Part shown: piece after piece, positions 24,401-37,400 of the stretch
Layout of the letters: every line of letters begins with the position of its first letter
Numbering within the stretch: position 1 is the stretch's first letter
DNA from: Zygnema circumcarinatum SAG 698-1b
Lineage: Eukaryota > Plantae > Zygnematophyceae
NCBI GenBank assembly: GCA_037447605.1
Contig: CM074809.1
Coordinates: 1,416,689-1,480,688 of the forward strand
Length of the DNA stretch: 64,000 bases
Reading direction: 5' to 3'
Position numbers and translations under genes: made by a program
Notes under the pieces: generated by a model
What the model was told of the DNA's origin: nothing
Seen by the model: only the letters and a program-made list of their open reading frames with translations
The model's database searches: none

Positions 24401-27334
24401 AGCAATCAATCATCATGAAGAAGAAACTTCTGCTTTTAGAATATGGAGTACACATCAAACTCACATTTAAAGTAGTGGATCCGTACTTATACCTTTCCGC
24501 AAAGCAGGGATATAGAAGAGCATAAACCATGCAAAGTGGACATAGAAGGTATCGTACTGGTGCAAAACTTCAGCAGATAACAAAATCCAAAGCTGGAGCT
24601 TAAGTCAAAGTGGAATTTGGGGCGAAGACAATCAACAAAACTTCTAATGCAAATAATCTTCTCGTCAACTAGAAAAAAAACTAAAGATGGAGCCATTCGC
24701 AACATCACAGGGTCCTGAAGCCCACCTTCAGCTCGGTAGGCATCGTCCACTTCGATTCCTTTGTTAGCTTATTGTAATAGTACTTTCGGCCCTCTGGAGT
24801 TGTGAATTCTTTCCAGACAGTGGAAGCATCAGCTCGCTGCATACGCAAATGGCCAGAGCACTCTGTTACAATACATTTCGGAAAAGCACTCTTCCGTACA
24901 CTTAATACCGAACTAGGAAATAATGACGAGGACGGCATCTAGAAACGAATTCCAAAGACCTAGAAATCCTTGCATAGTGGGCAATAAACAAGATGCTGAA
25001 AAAATGTCAGCACACATGGCAACACTAGCGACCAGAAAACCTATTCCAATCGGCAAAACCACTTCTTATCATGAACGCTTCAACCACAAGATTTCAACCA
25101 CACCTCTGTAGGTGTCATGAGGTCCGCAGGCTTCTCCCAGCTGGATTGTCCTGTCCGCTTGTTATAGTAGTACCTAAAACAAACAAATAACTTGCAACCC
25201 ATAAGGCAGCTGCTCTGCATAAAGATCGACACTAGGTAAGCCCTGCACTTGGTCAAGCCAATGGTGCGCAATAACAACCTCAAAGGACCTTCGACGAACG
25301 TCTGAACAAATGCATCCGCTTGAGTGTGAACAACAGAATTTGCTGCAACCGTATTAATCGAGAATCAAACGATCCTGGTCCACCAAATATGAGCAAGATC
25401 GAACTCCTGCTTCATAATTGCTGATCAGCGAGACATAGAGGCTATAACGCAACTTACTTTCTACCATTTTGAGCCGTGTGCTCTTGCCAATCTGGTGTTG
25501 CTGTCGATGAAGTTGCAGGCACAGAAGCAGGTGTCGGCGCAGTAGAACCGGTTAACTGCCATCATCGCTCCAAACAAGGGCCACTTGTCAACTTTAATGC
25601 AACCTAAGAACGTAAGGCTCATAGCCTGTCCTAACTGAAAGCAAAGCAAAACGGCCCCCAGCTGCATTGGACTCACCAACGAATGAGCACCAACTGCTGA
25701 AGGCGCAGGGGGTGTGTTCAGTTGGCCAGACGTCTGTAGACCAGACGAAACTTGACCAGTAGGAGTCCCATACAGCCCAGTTGGAACGGGATAAAGACCA
25801 GGACGATATCCTCCATACTGTACGTCAACAACAAGTCAGGAAGGATCACAAATAAGAATTGTGAAGAACTTGTCATACGATATAATGACTGCTTAAAAGT
25901 TAAACGTAAGCTCGAGGATTGAGCTGAGCAGAAAAAATGCTCACAGGGTAACTTGAAGGCTGTGACGAGGGAGTGACTGGAACACGTAGAGGGATATGAA
26001 AGGATGAAGTTTGAGATTGTGTTGCAGATGAGTACTGTGTCCCTGGGGAAGGTGGAACCATTGAAGGGTTGGAAGGTGGTAGTGGTTGTGACGAGAAGGA
26101 TGTGGCACCGTATTGCTGACCAGCAGCTGGCGGTGCAACAGAATGGAACTGGAAAACAGACAGGTTTGAAGAAACTGTAAGAAGGGCAAGGGAAATAGGC
26201 GTTTTAGGAGGAACAAATCTCTGCAATAACATTTGGACCATCGCTACCTAGATTCATTGATAAGCTCGAAATTTTAGAACTAATATTCAGACTGTGAACT
26301 TGGAGCAACTCGAGATGGACAACTGGTTCCAAAAAACTTGCATATACTATTACATGCTTTGAAAATTGAGCCATAGAAATCAGAACTACGGTTGCAGTGA
26401 ATCAAAGCCACACAAAAGCGGGTTATGGCACGGAACTGACATTGAAGACTCAGTGTGACAGAACATAAGCGTCTTAGGTACGAATGTGCTTATCGTCAGT
26501 CTCAAGTGTCTAACCCTTGGTGCGAGTGGATTTCGATGAAAATATGCAAAAAATACAGCTCAATACTGGGAAAGACTACAACTCGGGAGGCACATAAAGG
26601 TGCTCCAGGGGTGATCAGGCGTAGAATAAAAAGGTGCTGCACCAACCTGTGCCTTTGCAAAGTGAGCGGTTGGTGATGCAGATGATGTTGTCGCCTAACA
26701 AAACACAATCCAAAGCATGCAATAATCAAACGTATGCTTTCCACTGTCGCTGATTTGAACCGAAGACTTAAGACTTGAGGTTCAGAGGAAACACTGCTAG
26801 GAAGAATCCACCAGTGTATCTTGATTAAACTAGTCTCCAGAAATGTCCTTGAAGCGACGCTTGGCAGGCCGAGAGTGCAGGAGGGGCTATATTACAGAAC
26901 CTAAAATCTACGAATGAAGCGTCTGGTTTGTGATCTCTCTCACCGGAGAAGAAGCTGGCACAGCCGATGCGGCAGTAGCACCAACAGCTGTTGAACCCGG
27001 GGGAGACGGGGCGGGCGGTGGATTGCCACCTGCTTTTCCACACAAAAGCATTCCCAAAACCCAGCGAAAGTCCAGTGGTTGCATAGTATTGCAGAGAAGC
27101 CAGGACGCAAATGGCCCTCGCAACTCAACATCCTGGCACTTTCGGCACTCCTTACCACCAAAAGCCTCACTCGCAGTATCTAGCTTTACCATGAAGACTA
27201 CAGAGCATCCTAGTGACGTGCCTCGCACATATGCCAAACAAAAAAACAAAAAACTCTGGCCTCTCACCCTTCATCCACGCAGGGAGAGTCATGCCCCGCC
27301 CCCTCCCCATGCCTGGTGGCGGAACTCCAGCCAT
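16144..27334 (-). CDS. PRP40: Pre-mRNA processing protein 40 (two WW domains, FF domains, charged tail), many exons
   Basis: Proposed start [23 protein letters not shown] (ATG 27334) splices in phase 1 to [12 protein letters not shown]1 [29 protein letters not shown]2 [29 protein letters not shown] motifs [39 protein letters not shown]-rich exon 16570-17270. End [15 protein letters not shown]. Confidence 0.93.
18385..18416. repeat. Compound (AC)n(AG)n microsatellite in a PRP40 intron
   Basis: acacacacacacagagagagagagagagagag. Confidence 0.9.
20541..20585. repeat. 18-bp tandem repeat x2.5 in a PRP40 intron
   Basis: TCCTGCTACATCATACAT twice, then TCCTGCTAC. Confidence 0.9.
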
Positions 27335-27508
27335 GGCCGCCGGATGGAAGACTCCACGCGGGGGCCAACTGGCCGGCCGACGGGCAGCGCGTGCGCGACG
27401 GGGAGCTGGCTCCCGCGGCTATGGCCGCCCGCCCTCCGCCCTCCCTTCGCAGACGCCGCGCAGGACATGGGCATGCGCCGTACTGCATGCATGGCCGCTT
27501 GAGACATT

Positions 27509-27595
<87 letters not shown>

Positions 27596-27625
27596 GGGAT
27601 GGGCATGGGCATGGGCATGGGCCAT
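27509..27625. repeat. (GGGCAT)n hexamer microsatellite about 175 bp upstream of the PRP40 ATG
   Basis: 17 perfect GGGCAT units plus one GGGGAT. Reads (ATGCCC)n on the PRP40 strand. Confidence 0.95.
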
Positions 27626-29884
27626 GCGCCGTGCAGTCCGGCCCTGGCTCTCATCTCTCCGGTTGTTGCGTGCTCATTCGCTTGTTGAACAGAGCCACTC
27701 TTGCGTCGTTCCATTCAGTTTGGGCACTCATCTATGTGCCACATCGGTAATGTACTGCCAACACGTCGGTTTCGTTGCACTTGTTTGTGTAGTTGTGCCA
27801 ATTATGCGTTGCTGGCTCCACCGTTGCGTGTCTTGACGAAGACATGTTCGTTCTCCGAAGCATTTGACAGCGTTGGCTGGGCGGACGACCAACCTCAGAT
27901 TTACCTTTGTTCCCGTGTTTCACCACGTTCCAAGCGATGAACTCTTCGCCTAGTTTCAGCAACCATGGACAATGAGTTGCCATAGTACCGCAGAGCACGC
28001 ATGCACGATGCTTCTAAGAGCAATACATCATCAGATCAATGATCAGGACAAGATGTCTAGGAAATCAGATCAATTTTAAATCAGCATGATTCTTCAAACA
28101 TGGCAAAAAAAATATCTCTCTCCACATTTTTGGAAAGATTCCCGTTCTAGTCCATTATCTAATTTAGCAATTGACGAGAGCTGAGTCAGCTGACTAACGA
28201 CTCAAGCCAACCGTTTCCTCCTGCATATGGCAATAGTTACTCAGCAAAGACTCCATGTAACTTATACAACCCTTCTCGACGGAAAACATCAAAGAAGAGG
28301 GAAATTCTGCATGCAGACGAACGATCGTCTCCCTCCAAACCCGCAGCCACGGAAGGCTTCCAAACTGATAGTAATCTGTAGTACTCGCGTGCTGTGTGAC
28401 TTCAATCTTCAAATTCGATGCAAACTTCCAGTTTCGATGCGGCTGGAGGGTAATCACCAGGCTGACTTGCGTAAGGAGTCGCAACGATAGTTGTTTACAG
28501 GGCCAACAGTATTAAGCTGGCTCTGCTCCATACAAGAAGAAAAGCCTGCAACAAGGTCCAGCGAAAAGGTTGACCAGATTCATGTCACCACTGACGATGA
28601 AAGGGCCATGTGGGCTGATCTCCCTGAAGGAACCTGGATGCGGATCAGAACACGGACATGAAGGGAAAAACAAGTGGAGCGGGAATAAGGAAGTGCAAGA
28701 TAGGAGAGGACGATAAATGGTGCGACACAAAAGAGAAACGAGAGATTGAAAGGAAAGGGAAAATTCATGGCACGAGCAAATAAAAACACAATCCCTATAA
28801 ATGAAGTAGGGGTTGTATAAAGGAAGGAAGGAAGGAAAAGCAAGGAAGGAAGGAAGTATAGGAAGGAAAAGCATAATAAAAGAGGGAGGTGACCTCGAGC
28901 ATTTGAGAGGGAAAAAGGGCAGGAGGGCAGAAATAAGAGGTAAGAATACCAGGACAATGCCGAGGAGCTGCGAGCACATTATCGTTTTTCATCCTTCATC
29001 ATTTGCTCCATGCTCTCCAATCGCCACACGTCACTAACGCATCCCATCGCTTTCTTTCCTCTCCTTGCGTTGCTAGGACACTCACCTTCAGACTTGAAAA
29101 GGCTCTCAACTCTATCTGCTAGTTCTCGGATGCGTTCCGCCTCTCTGTCGCACGAGACAAGACCACCGGGTAAATCCATGAACATGCTTCCGTTCAGGAT
29201 TCATAGCAAGTTCGTTACCAATCACATGTGAAGATATTTCTTCTCCAACGAAGGACACCATCCTATCCTGTGGAAAAGTTTTCGCTTGCGGCTGGAAAAG
29301 AGTTGCCTAGAACAGCTGCAATAGGGCCTTCCTGTCGGTTGATCACTTCTCTTGCATTTGTCAGCATGAGGGCACTAATTTAGCGATCTCAAATAGGAAG
29401 ACGTTATCTCTCCTTTCTTCATAAACATGGAATCAAAAGTTGATCACGTGATAGACGCTTGAAACTGACACCTAAAGTTTTCGACTGGTATGACTCAGCC
29501 TGTTCTGTTCTCAGACGGCTCATAAACACTGTGGCGTATGAATACTGACGTACAGAATAGGTGGAACAGCAACTTTTCTTATGGGGAGCTCCAGACAGCC
29601 TGCTTTCGGCGTAACATACCTGTAACTTTAACAAATTAAAGAAAATGTCACAAATTGATTCTAATTCTGTTGCTGTCCTATGATCTGTAGACGCAGTATC
29701 TCAGAATGCGATTCCTTACCCTACTTTCTCAATGAAAAAAGCCTCAACACTTCACCGACCAGAAAAAAATGTTGCTTTCACTAAACTCCAGCTATTTCTG
29801 TTCGATTATTTTTTTTATAAAATTAAAGAATTCACATGAAAGTTAATGAACTCACCTCCACGGCTAACAATTCGCCAGCTGTGT

Positions 29885-30331
29885 CTAAACCCTATGTGCT
29901 GCAACAGCAGCTCTCCTTCTTTCGTATTCCTCCATCCGCTCCTCATAAATATCCCACACGCACCGGACGCACCCAGTTTGGCAGCAATCCTCCGGCCCTG
30001 GCTCCAGTGGCGGTGTTGAATCTTCGCCCTCTTCAGAGGAGCCATGCCCAGCCCAGCTCTGCTGCTCTTCCCCGTTCAGACACTCACTGTCATAGGAAAA
30101 TCCTGCCTCTTGCGTCTGCCCGCGCGCGTCATGGACGTGCCACAATGGGGGAGAGTGCAATGAGAAGCGCAGCAAGTGATGCGCGCTATGCGAAGCAGCT
30201 CTGCACCGGCCATGGAAGACGACATGGCTCGGACATGGCTGGGACATGGTTACGACATGGGCGCCATTCAGAATGCGAGCGACGCGCCCGGCGGCGAGGC
30301 AGGCGCAGCGCAGAGATAGGGAGGCCGCCAT
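29885..30331 (-). CDS. Oxidoreductase-like domain protein (PF09791-type) with probable organellar transit peptide
   Basis: PPLEPGPEDCCQTGCVRCVWDIYEERMEEY matches the PxxxxCCxxGCxxCVWDxY family motif. N-terminus MAASLSLRCACLAAGRVAR is Ala/Arg/Ser-rich. The 3' end could be spliced further. Confidence 0.85.
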   Translation of the reverse strand: MAASLSLRCACLAAGRVARILNGAHVVTMSQPCPSHVVFHGRCRAASHSAHHLLRFSLHSPPLWHVHDARGQTQEAGFSYDSECLNGEEQQSWAGHGSSEEGEDSTPPLEPGPEDCCQTGCVRCVWDIYEERMEEYERRRAAVAAHRV

Positions 30332-30532
30332 GGCTGCGCGCCCCCGCCCGGCCCTGTTGACCACAACTCCTCTCCCTCTCCCTCTCTACGCGGGACAGCC
30401 CCGCTGCCACGCTACATGACCGCTACAGTTACCGTTATTGTTACAGTTAGCGGCGCCCTAAAACGTGAGCCTTGTTTTAGAAGTTCGTTTCATAGTTATC
30501 GTCGCAGTTCCAGTCACACGCCAGTCACAGTT

Positions 30533-30801
30533 CACGGTGGACCATTGCATCGGCAACCATTGGACAACCATTGGACAACCATTGCATGGCAATGGTCGGA
30601 CGATCCGATGGCTGGCAACCATTGCCATCCAATGGTTTAACCAACCAACCATTTGAGTGGTTGGCAAGCATTGGCATCCACTGGTTACGAACCAGTCGAA
30701 TGGTTGTTTCGGTCCGGCGCCAATGGTTCGCAACCAGTCAAATGGCCGGCAAGCATTGCATCACAACCGTTGCGATGGTTGATGCAATGGCCCGACCTGT
30801 G
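30533..30801. mobile_element. Short palindrome-rich dispersed element, copy B
   Basis: Same ACCATT/AATGGT units. Identical 32-bp core at 30697-30728. Right end AATGGCCCGACCTGTG (30786-30801) resembles the copy A right end. Confidence 0.55.
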
Positions 30802-31477
30802 CAGGGGTGCATGGCAGAGGATCTCAGGGAGAGAGCCAGCTGGTCGTAAAATCAGCTTGTTGCACAGCTTAAGTGAAAGATAATGTCGGCGGGTAATCCC
30901 CAAGGCAGGCATCAATGCGAGCACAGCCACACGGTCAAGCGTACAGATCACGTACGAAAGGCATCACCCCTTGATCTAAGAGGTGCCAAAACTGCGACCT
31001 TGACTAGCAAGATGGCGCAGGTGGCCAGGAGTAGTAATACCCGCATGACAGTGTCATGGGCTGCCATTAGCATTTCTCCAGCCACCAGTGACAATCTTGA
31101 CAGCCCCGTTAAGGCCACCGCTATTCCTATTCCTGCGTCTATAGTCCATGTCTACGCAGCAATCGGATTCATTGTAAATACATCGCGCCAATTCGATGGC
31201 GCCCTTATCCACATATTCCCACGCAAGAGCTTCCACCCGCATTGTTTAGTCGGTGGCCCTTGCAGAGGCATGCAGGGACCGCCGGCAAACAACAGGGAAG
31301 GAACATCAGCCGCATAAGCAACGACCAGAACAAACTAGACCAAAGAGACGAACTCAAAAAGTGTATCCCTATTCTACTTTAGGGTAGCCATAGCTGGCTC
31401 AACTGCACACTTGTCCACCGCCGCCATATGGATGAAGTGCACCCGTCCAACAAATACACTTGCACCGATCCGTCGAC

Positions 31478-34400
31478 TCACAGCAAATTGGGATTGCCGA
31501 AAGGATTACTGTTTTGGTAGCCTTGCTGCTGCATTGGCTGCATCTGCTGCTGGGGTGCCATGCCATAGGGATTTCCGAAGGGATTGGGCACCATCATCTG
31601 CTGCTGCGGCTGCATTCCATAGCCGGCGGGCGGCATCGATTGGGGAGGCATCGCGTACTGCGGCGTCTGCGCGTAGCGCGGCTGCTGCATCATGCCCGCA
31701 GACCCAAACAGAACCTGCTGCTGCTGCGCCATATGAGCCATCTGCACACTCGGAGGAGGGGCGACTCTGCCAGATGCGGCAAACGGGTCCTGGGGGCCTT
31801 GGAAGGACTGGAAAGCACCGGGAGGTGCGGGAAGGGCTAACATTGTTCCAGGCTGGGATGGCTGCCCATAGCTGCTTGGAGGAGTGGAACGCTTGATTGC
31901 ATCTTCGTACAAGCTATCCAAAGTCAGCTTGTCGAGACCTCCAGCCTGCAAGGAGAGCAGGAGTCAACAACGAATGAGACATCCTGATATTTCATCCGCC
32001 ACAAAAGATTCAAGGGCATCCCCTGTCCCTCAAATGCGTCTTGTCCATAGAGTAACTGCAATTTTTGTCATGCTCACTGGAGCATATGTTACTGTGAATC
32101 TAAGGAAAGCGCTACCTACAGAGGACGGTACAAACGACCAAAGCACTGCTATAGTTTATTCTGTCTGCTTCAATTCCGGGAACTCCACTGGCCGCAGATT
32201 GTAGAAGTCATATAAATGAGACCTCTAGAGACTCTGATAAACGATTGAAAAACTTACCAGCTTCTGTGTGCTAGTTGGGGCACCATTGGCTGAGGTCTGC
32301 GTAGCACTTGGGGCTTCAACAAGGGCTAGTTCCCATCCAGTTGTAGAGAAGGAGGGGCTAGCAGAGAAAGTAGGACCAGGATGTCCATTAGCACCTGCGG
32401 AAACACAAGATTGTTTACTATCAATATCTTCAAAGTTCCAATGGAAAACGAGACAATAGAACTGAAAATCTGACCAAAAACAGGGATAAACCTGATTAAA
32501 TGCCATCACGCTTCCTATACCACGCCAACAGCCCACCTGCGAAACGCATCATTCCCTCCTGCCTTACCTCCTTGCGGAACAATGGCTAGCGCCAAGGAGT
32601 TCTCATATTCCAGCTGCGATGCATTAGGCGCCATGTTGGGAGTGTCACCTAAGCCCTGTACCCATTATCCATGCTCTCGCATATGTTTAAGGTACACTCA
32701 AGATAAAAAACTGCTCAGACTTGATTGGCTGCAATTGAACTAGCAGCTAGGAGGTTCCGTCCATTCACAGAGGCAGACAAAATCAGCATTTCAAAGTCGC
32801 TGCTATATCAGAACATAGAAGGATGACCCTTTCATGCTGGCTTTCCCAACATCGTTATCAAATACGCCCGAGTATTCGTCTTCTGAACACGCACCCGTGC
32901 TAGTCCCTCTAAAATGCAGCTCCATATTCAAGGTAAAATCAACAAAACTAACAACGTTAGCAATGCGAAAACGCATGAAAGCAGGCGACCGAAAGGAAGA
33001 ACTCACCAACAAATCTGTGGGCTCATTAGTGGCGGGAGGAGGTGGCGGAGCGGGCTCTTCTTGGACGGGCTCAGGAGGTGGTGCTGCTCTAGGCTGCTCT
33101 TCAGCATACGACTCCTGCAGCCAAACGAGGAAATACCTTAGTTAGTTTCAGGCAAAAGCGGCCGCGAAGGAATCTGAAACGAGGCTTCTTCATGCCTTTG
33201 AAGGAAGCGGCAAGCAGCCTCACCGCAGTGGACTCGCGAGCAGGTGGAGGAGGCCTCGAGTCTCGTACATAATCCTCCATCGTTGCAAGGAAGGATTGGG
33301 GAGGCTGTAAAGAAACACATGAATGACGCACGGAGGGATGGCTTTGGGAAAGGAAGTACGAAGAATACACAGCTGATGATCATCGCAAACGATGCTCAAG
33401 CTATGTCAGTCATTGAAGCGGCCATGTTGAGTACACATTTCTGATTGTCAAGATAGCTGAAAGATTGGTACGTTCGAAATTTCTTGTTTGGTAGGACAGA
33501 CTTCACAGTTATGTTCACAAAAGCGAATTGAGCTCAAGCCCAAATATTTTAAGTTACCGAGGCAATGGTATTGCAGCGTGCAGTATTGATTGACAAGAGA
33601 ATTTTTTCATGAATTCATGATGTAGCTAGGCATGAAGTTGTTAGCCCGAGGAACTTTTAGACGAGCTAATCGAGATGACATTTAGTTCATCAAATATCAG
33701 GTTTTACATGAGCGACTGATAAACCTTCCATACCGGAGACTTGCATCGTTCAAACTCATAGACAAACCATTGAGCATTATACTCCAACGGTATAATAGGA
33801 ACAACACATGACATCAATATTCTTCTTCAGCTTTTGGCCAAAAATACCGAACAGCCAGCTTAGTGAGCCCCACCTGCTCCAATGTCGGAAACTGGAAGCT
33901 CCTTGCAAGGTCCAAGCTTTTGCACATATCATAAAACTCAGACAGCCTTTCCGCCTGCCCAACCAGCCAGGGAACAAACACAAAGCATCCCTCAATGAGT
34001 ACACAACACAACAGTCGCCGTTGCATTACCAGCTATGTTGACAATATACCTTTGAAAACTAACACCGCTCTTCCCAAAGCACGAAAGGAGCCTTCACACT
34101 GGGTGTTCAAGAGATCGTCCTCACCTGTTGACCAGCTCGCTTGTAAATGTCCAATGCCTTGGCAGCGTCATGCTTTTGCATTTCAAAGAACTGGTGCATG
34201 TAGGAGACCAAAGAGAACAAAATAAGAGCTTTCCTCTCTAAGCAAGGACAGCCAACTTCGAGGCTCGCTTTCCTTCTAGTCTTTTGATGTATAACCTTTA
34301 TCGACATGGAGGAAAAGATGGAACACAAACAGATTCTTTTGAACAAAAAAAAAACAATTTTTTGAATTACAAAAACGTTTCACTGAGGCATACTTTAAAC

Positions 34401-37400
34401 TAAGTCGCCATACACATTATCGTTTAGCAGACAATAAGTGCCCTCGGTGCATAGCACAATGACGGACAAGCGAGCAAGCAGGCAATCCCAAAACATGCTG
34501 GCAAATGAAAGGTTGCCCATCCAATCTTCCACCGTACCGTCAGCAGGGCTCTAGAGTATAAATCCAAAACTGTCGAATCCAATAACTAGCATTTTTGAAG
34601 TGAGTCATACCTTGTCTACTAAGTTAATGATCCCATCGTTGATTGCTCTGTACAGCTTAAAGCTCTCCTTGAGGACCTGTCAACCCCTTCCTGCCATTGT
34701 CAGATTCCTAATTCCATGAAAGGCTAAAAGCAGACCTATAAAGTGACTAAAACTACATTACCCATTAACCCAATTTGGGCATGCACAAAAACGTGAGCGG
34801 TAGGGACTCAAAGAACGTTAAATCTCCTAGCTTTTCCCTTGTGAATGTAATGCCTACCAGCCCAAGCGCTGCCTGGACCACGTGATTGCCAATCGCTGCT
34901 CCTTCGGGCTGCAGATAAAGGTAAAACCGTAGAACCATACAGATGATGAGAAAGTCAGAAGAGTGGAAGTTATTAAGGGCTTGCATAAGTCATTCTCTGC
35001 CTCCATGCTTAACCTTCAGTTGCGTGATCCTTCTTCTTGCGTGCCATCGCAAATCTCATACATGAAAACATCAAGGCATTTTGAACACTGCCGGCATAAC
35101 TCAATGGAGAATGCATTCCGAAAACACGAACTTCTACGAAAGGCCTTTCTGACCTGACAACCCATCAGTCGTTGAAGGAGGCTCTGCAGAGCTGGAAGGT
35201 GTTCAAGCAAATCAGGTGTATCCAGCTCTCTTGTTTTGCTGTGGCCCTGAACCCCTCCGCCCTAAGACACAGAAATTTAGCACCACCTATGCACATTACA
35301 CCTTCTACATTCCACCATTCCACATTCAATTATTCCCACATTCTACCTACTTCTTCACCTCCTGCCTTTACACACTGTGTTGACTAGGCTAAAAGAGGTA
35401 AACTATGACATCTTCAAGCTTGCCAAACAAGACATCTTTACGGTTTAAATATTTCAAAATCCAATACAGCAAAAATGCACAAACAGGTGCCACTAACTTT
35501 CAGATTTACCAAAAAGCTGACAGCGAGCCACAATCCAAAAGGATACCTACTGCTTTATAGCAGAGAAACGAAGTTTACTGATACAGTTAACAAACCAGTC
35601 TTAAAAGTGTTACAAAAACAACCTCAATAGTGAATGTAATTGGGTACACTTCGCAAGTACACTTCACAGCTGATCACGGACTAACGAGAAACCCGAGATG
35701 CCAAACAGATTCAGGCCTCTATAGCAGCCCAGAGGCTGATTGTGCTGATGTCAGCAAGGCATCACTTCAGATATTCCGGTTAAACCACTTTTGATAGCCA
35801 CTTTCCGTCCTCTAGCCGTTTTTCTTCCTTCTTAACTACGTTTTCTTACCCGAACATGAGACGAGTGAATGCCATCACAACAGATACCCGTCCTAGAGTG
35901 TCCACTTGTGTTCATTAGCATGAACGCAGGTTAAAGGCCTATTCAAGAAATCTAGTTTCTTTCCCTATGAAGCACTGCCTTAAGCCCGCCATACTCCAGA
36001 GTTCTCCAAGCACAGCAGACAGCTTGTGCATCCAAAACTGATACGTTAACATATCTCATGGGACTTTGAATTCAGGTCATATATCCCGTTTAAATTTGAC
36101 ATGGACATGTCCATTCTCAAGAGGACGAATAACCCTATATCAGAAGTGATTATTTTGTACTATTTATGCAGCTACTCCAGCTACATATAGCCAGGAAGAA
36201 ACTCATATCCAGACGAATGAAAAGCTTGCTGGAGTTGGGAGCCCAGAATCCTCTATCTGAAGGCAGGACATACTTACCGAAGATCTTTCAGATTCGACAT
36301 CGTACTTCAGCACCCGAAAAGATTCCAGCCTTTCCTCCAAAAACAATGCATATGTCCTCACCCAGGCAGAATAGTCCCACGCTGAACCAACAAAATCCCC
36401 CACTTTCAAATGAAGCGAGGCAGAAAAGGGGCTACGACCGATTCGTAACTGAGGACCGAGATATTCCGCGTGACGTTTACTGGACACAAAGTTGCTTAGT
36501 GAAATTATGAGCACATTAGAGAATACAGATGTTGGAAGTGTCCAAAGCAGTTCCAGGAGCTTTGTGCGACAAAGCCCCAAAACTCAGCGAAAAGTGAGCT
36601 CACCAGATGGACCAGACTCATCCTTGAAGTTCGCAAGATTCAACACATGACCGCGGTTCCGTGAATAATTGATCAACTCCTCCCGAAAAGTAGGGTCACC
36701 TTCGCGTAGTGTTCGATGGACGACCATAAGGCATTTCAAAGCTACCTGGACGGACGAAGTAGTTGAGGGTTCCCATAATTACATTAATTACAGATTCTCA
36801 AGCTACTTGAACATTTGCCAATGCCATGATTAAAAGCACTACTCAGGTTCACATTTAGCCATTGATAAAATTGAATTGCTTTGACTTATACTCAGGTTCA
36901 CATTTAGCCCTTGATAAATTGAATTGCTTTGACTTATATGTGGATAGTTCAAAGCCAAAAGCTGTACATAAACTTCCCAGCAAGTTTGAAACTTTTCATT
37001 TACTTCTGCCCACTAATCCAGGATAAGGAAAAACCCAAGGATCCCAAGTGCGGGTATGATTCACAGTCCCTATGTGACCAGATTCTCTCATCCCATCCTA
37101 AATTATCTCGAAGCAGATTCCATTTTCACACTAACATTAATCACTAGTAACAGTTTCTACGATTAAACTGGATTATGGAAGGAAACACATATGGTACTTC
37201 CAAACCTTACTATAACTTTCCTCTTAAAAAACTCAGCTGTATATGTTTTGATGAAGCCTGCTTTCCCTCTCAGTCGCTTGCTAAAAAAATATCGGGTATA
37301 GTCTATTTCACTTACCACCCAATCCGAAGTTTTTGTCAGTCTTTTGGCGAGGGCGTGAATGCAATAAGCAACATCTGCACGAGGTCGAGTTGCAGACGTG

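Noticed and set aside
11710-27334. ALY and PRP40 as a functional mRNA-processing cluster
   Set aside because: Adjacency of two housekeeping genes is plausible by chance, and there is no synteny evidence in the window.
28512-28992. Hydrophobic ORFs resembling membrane proteins
   Set aside because: They arise from the (AAGG)n purine-rich low-complexity tract at about 28819-28920.
28979-29185. 68-aa ORF (DREAERIRELADRVESLF) as an extra exon of the Oxidored-like gene
   Set aside because: Coil-like, but I could not establish a phase-consistent splice path or homology.
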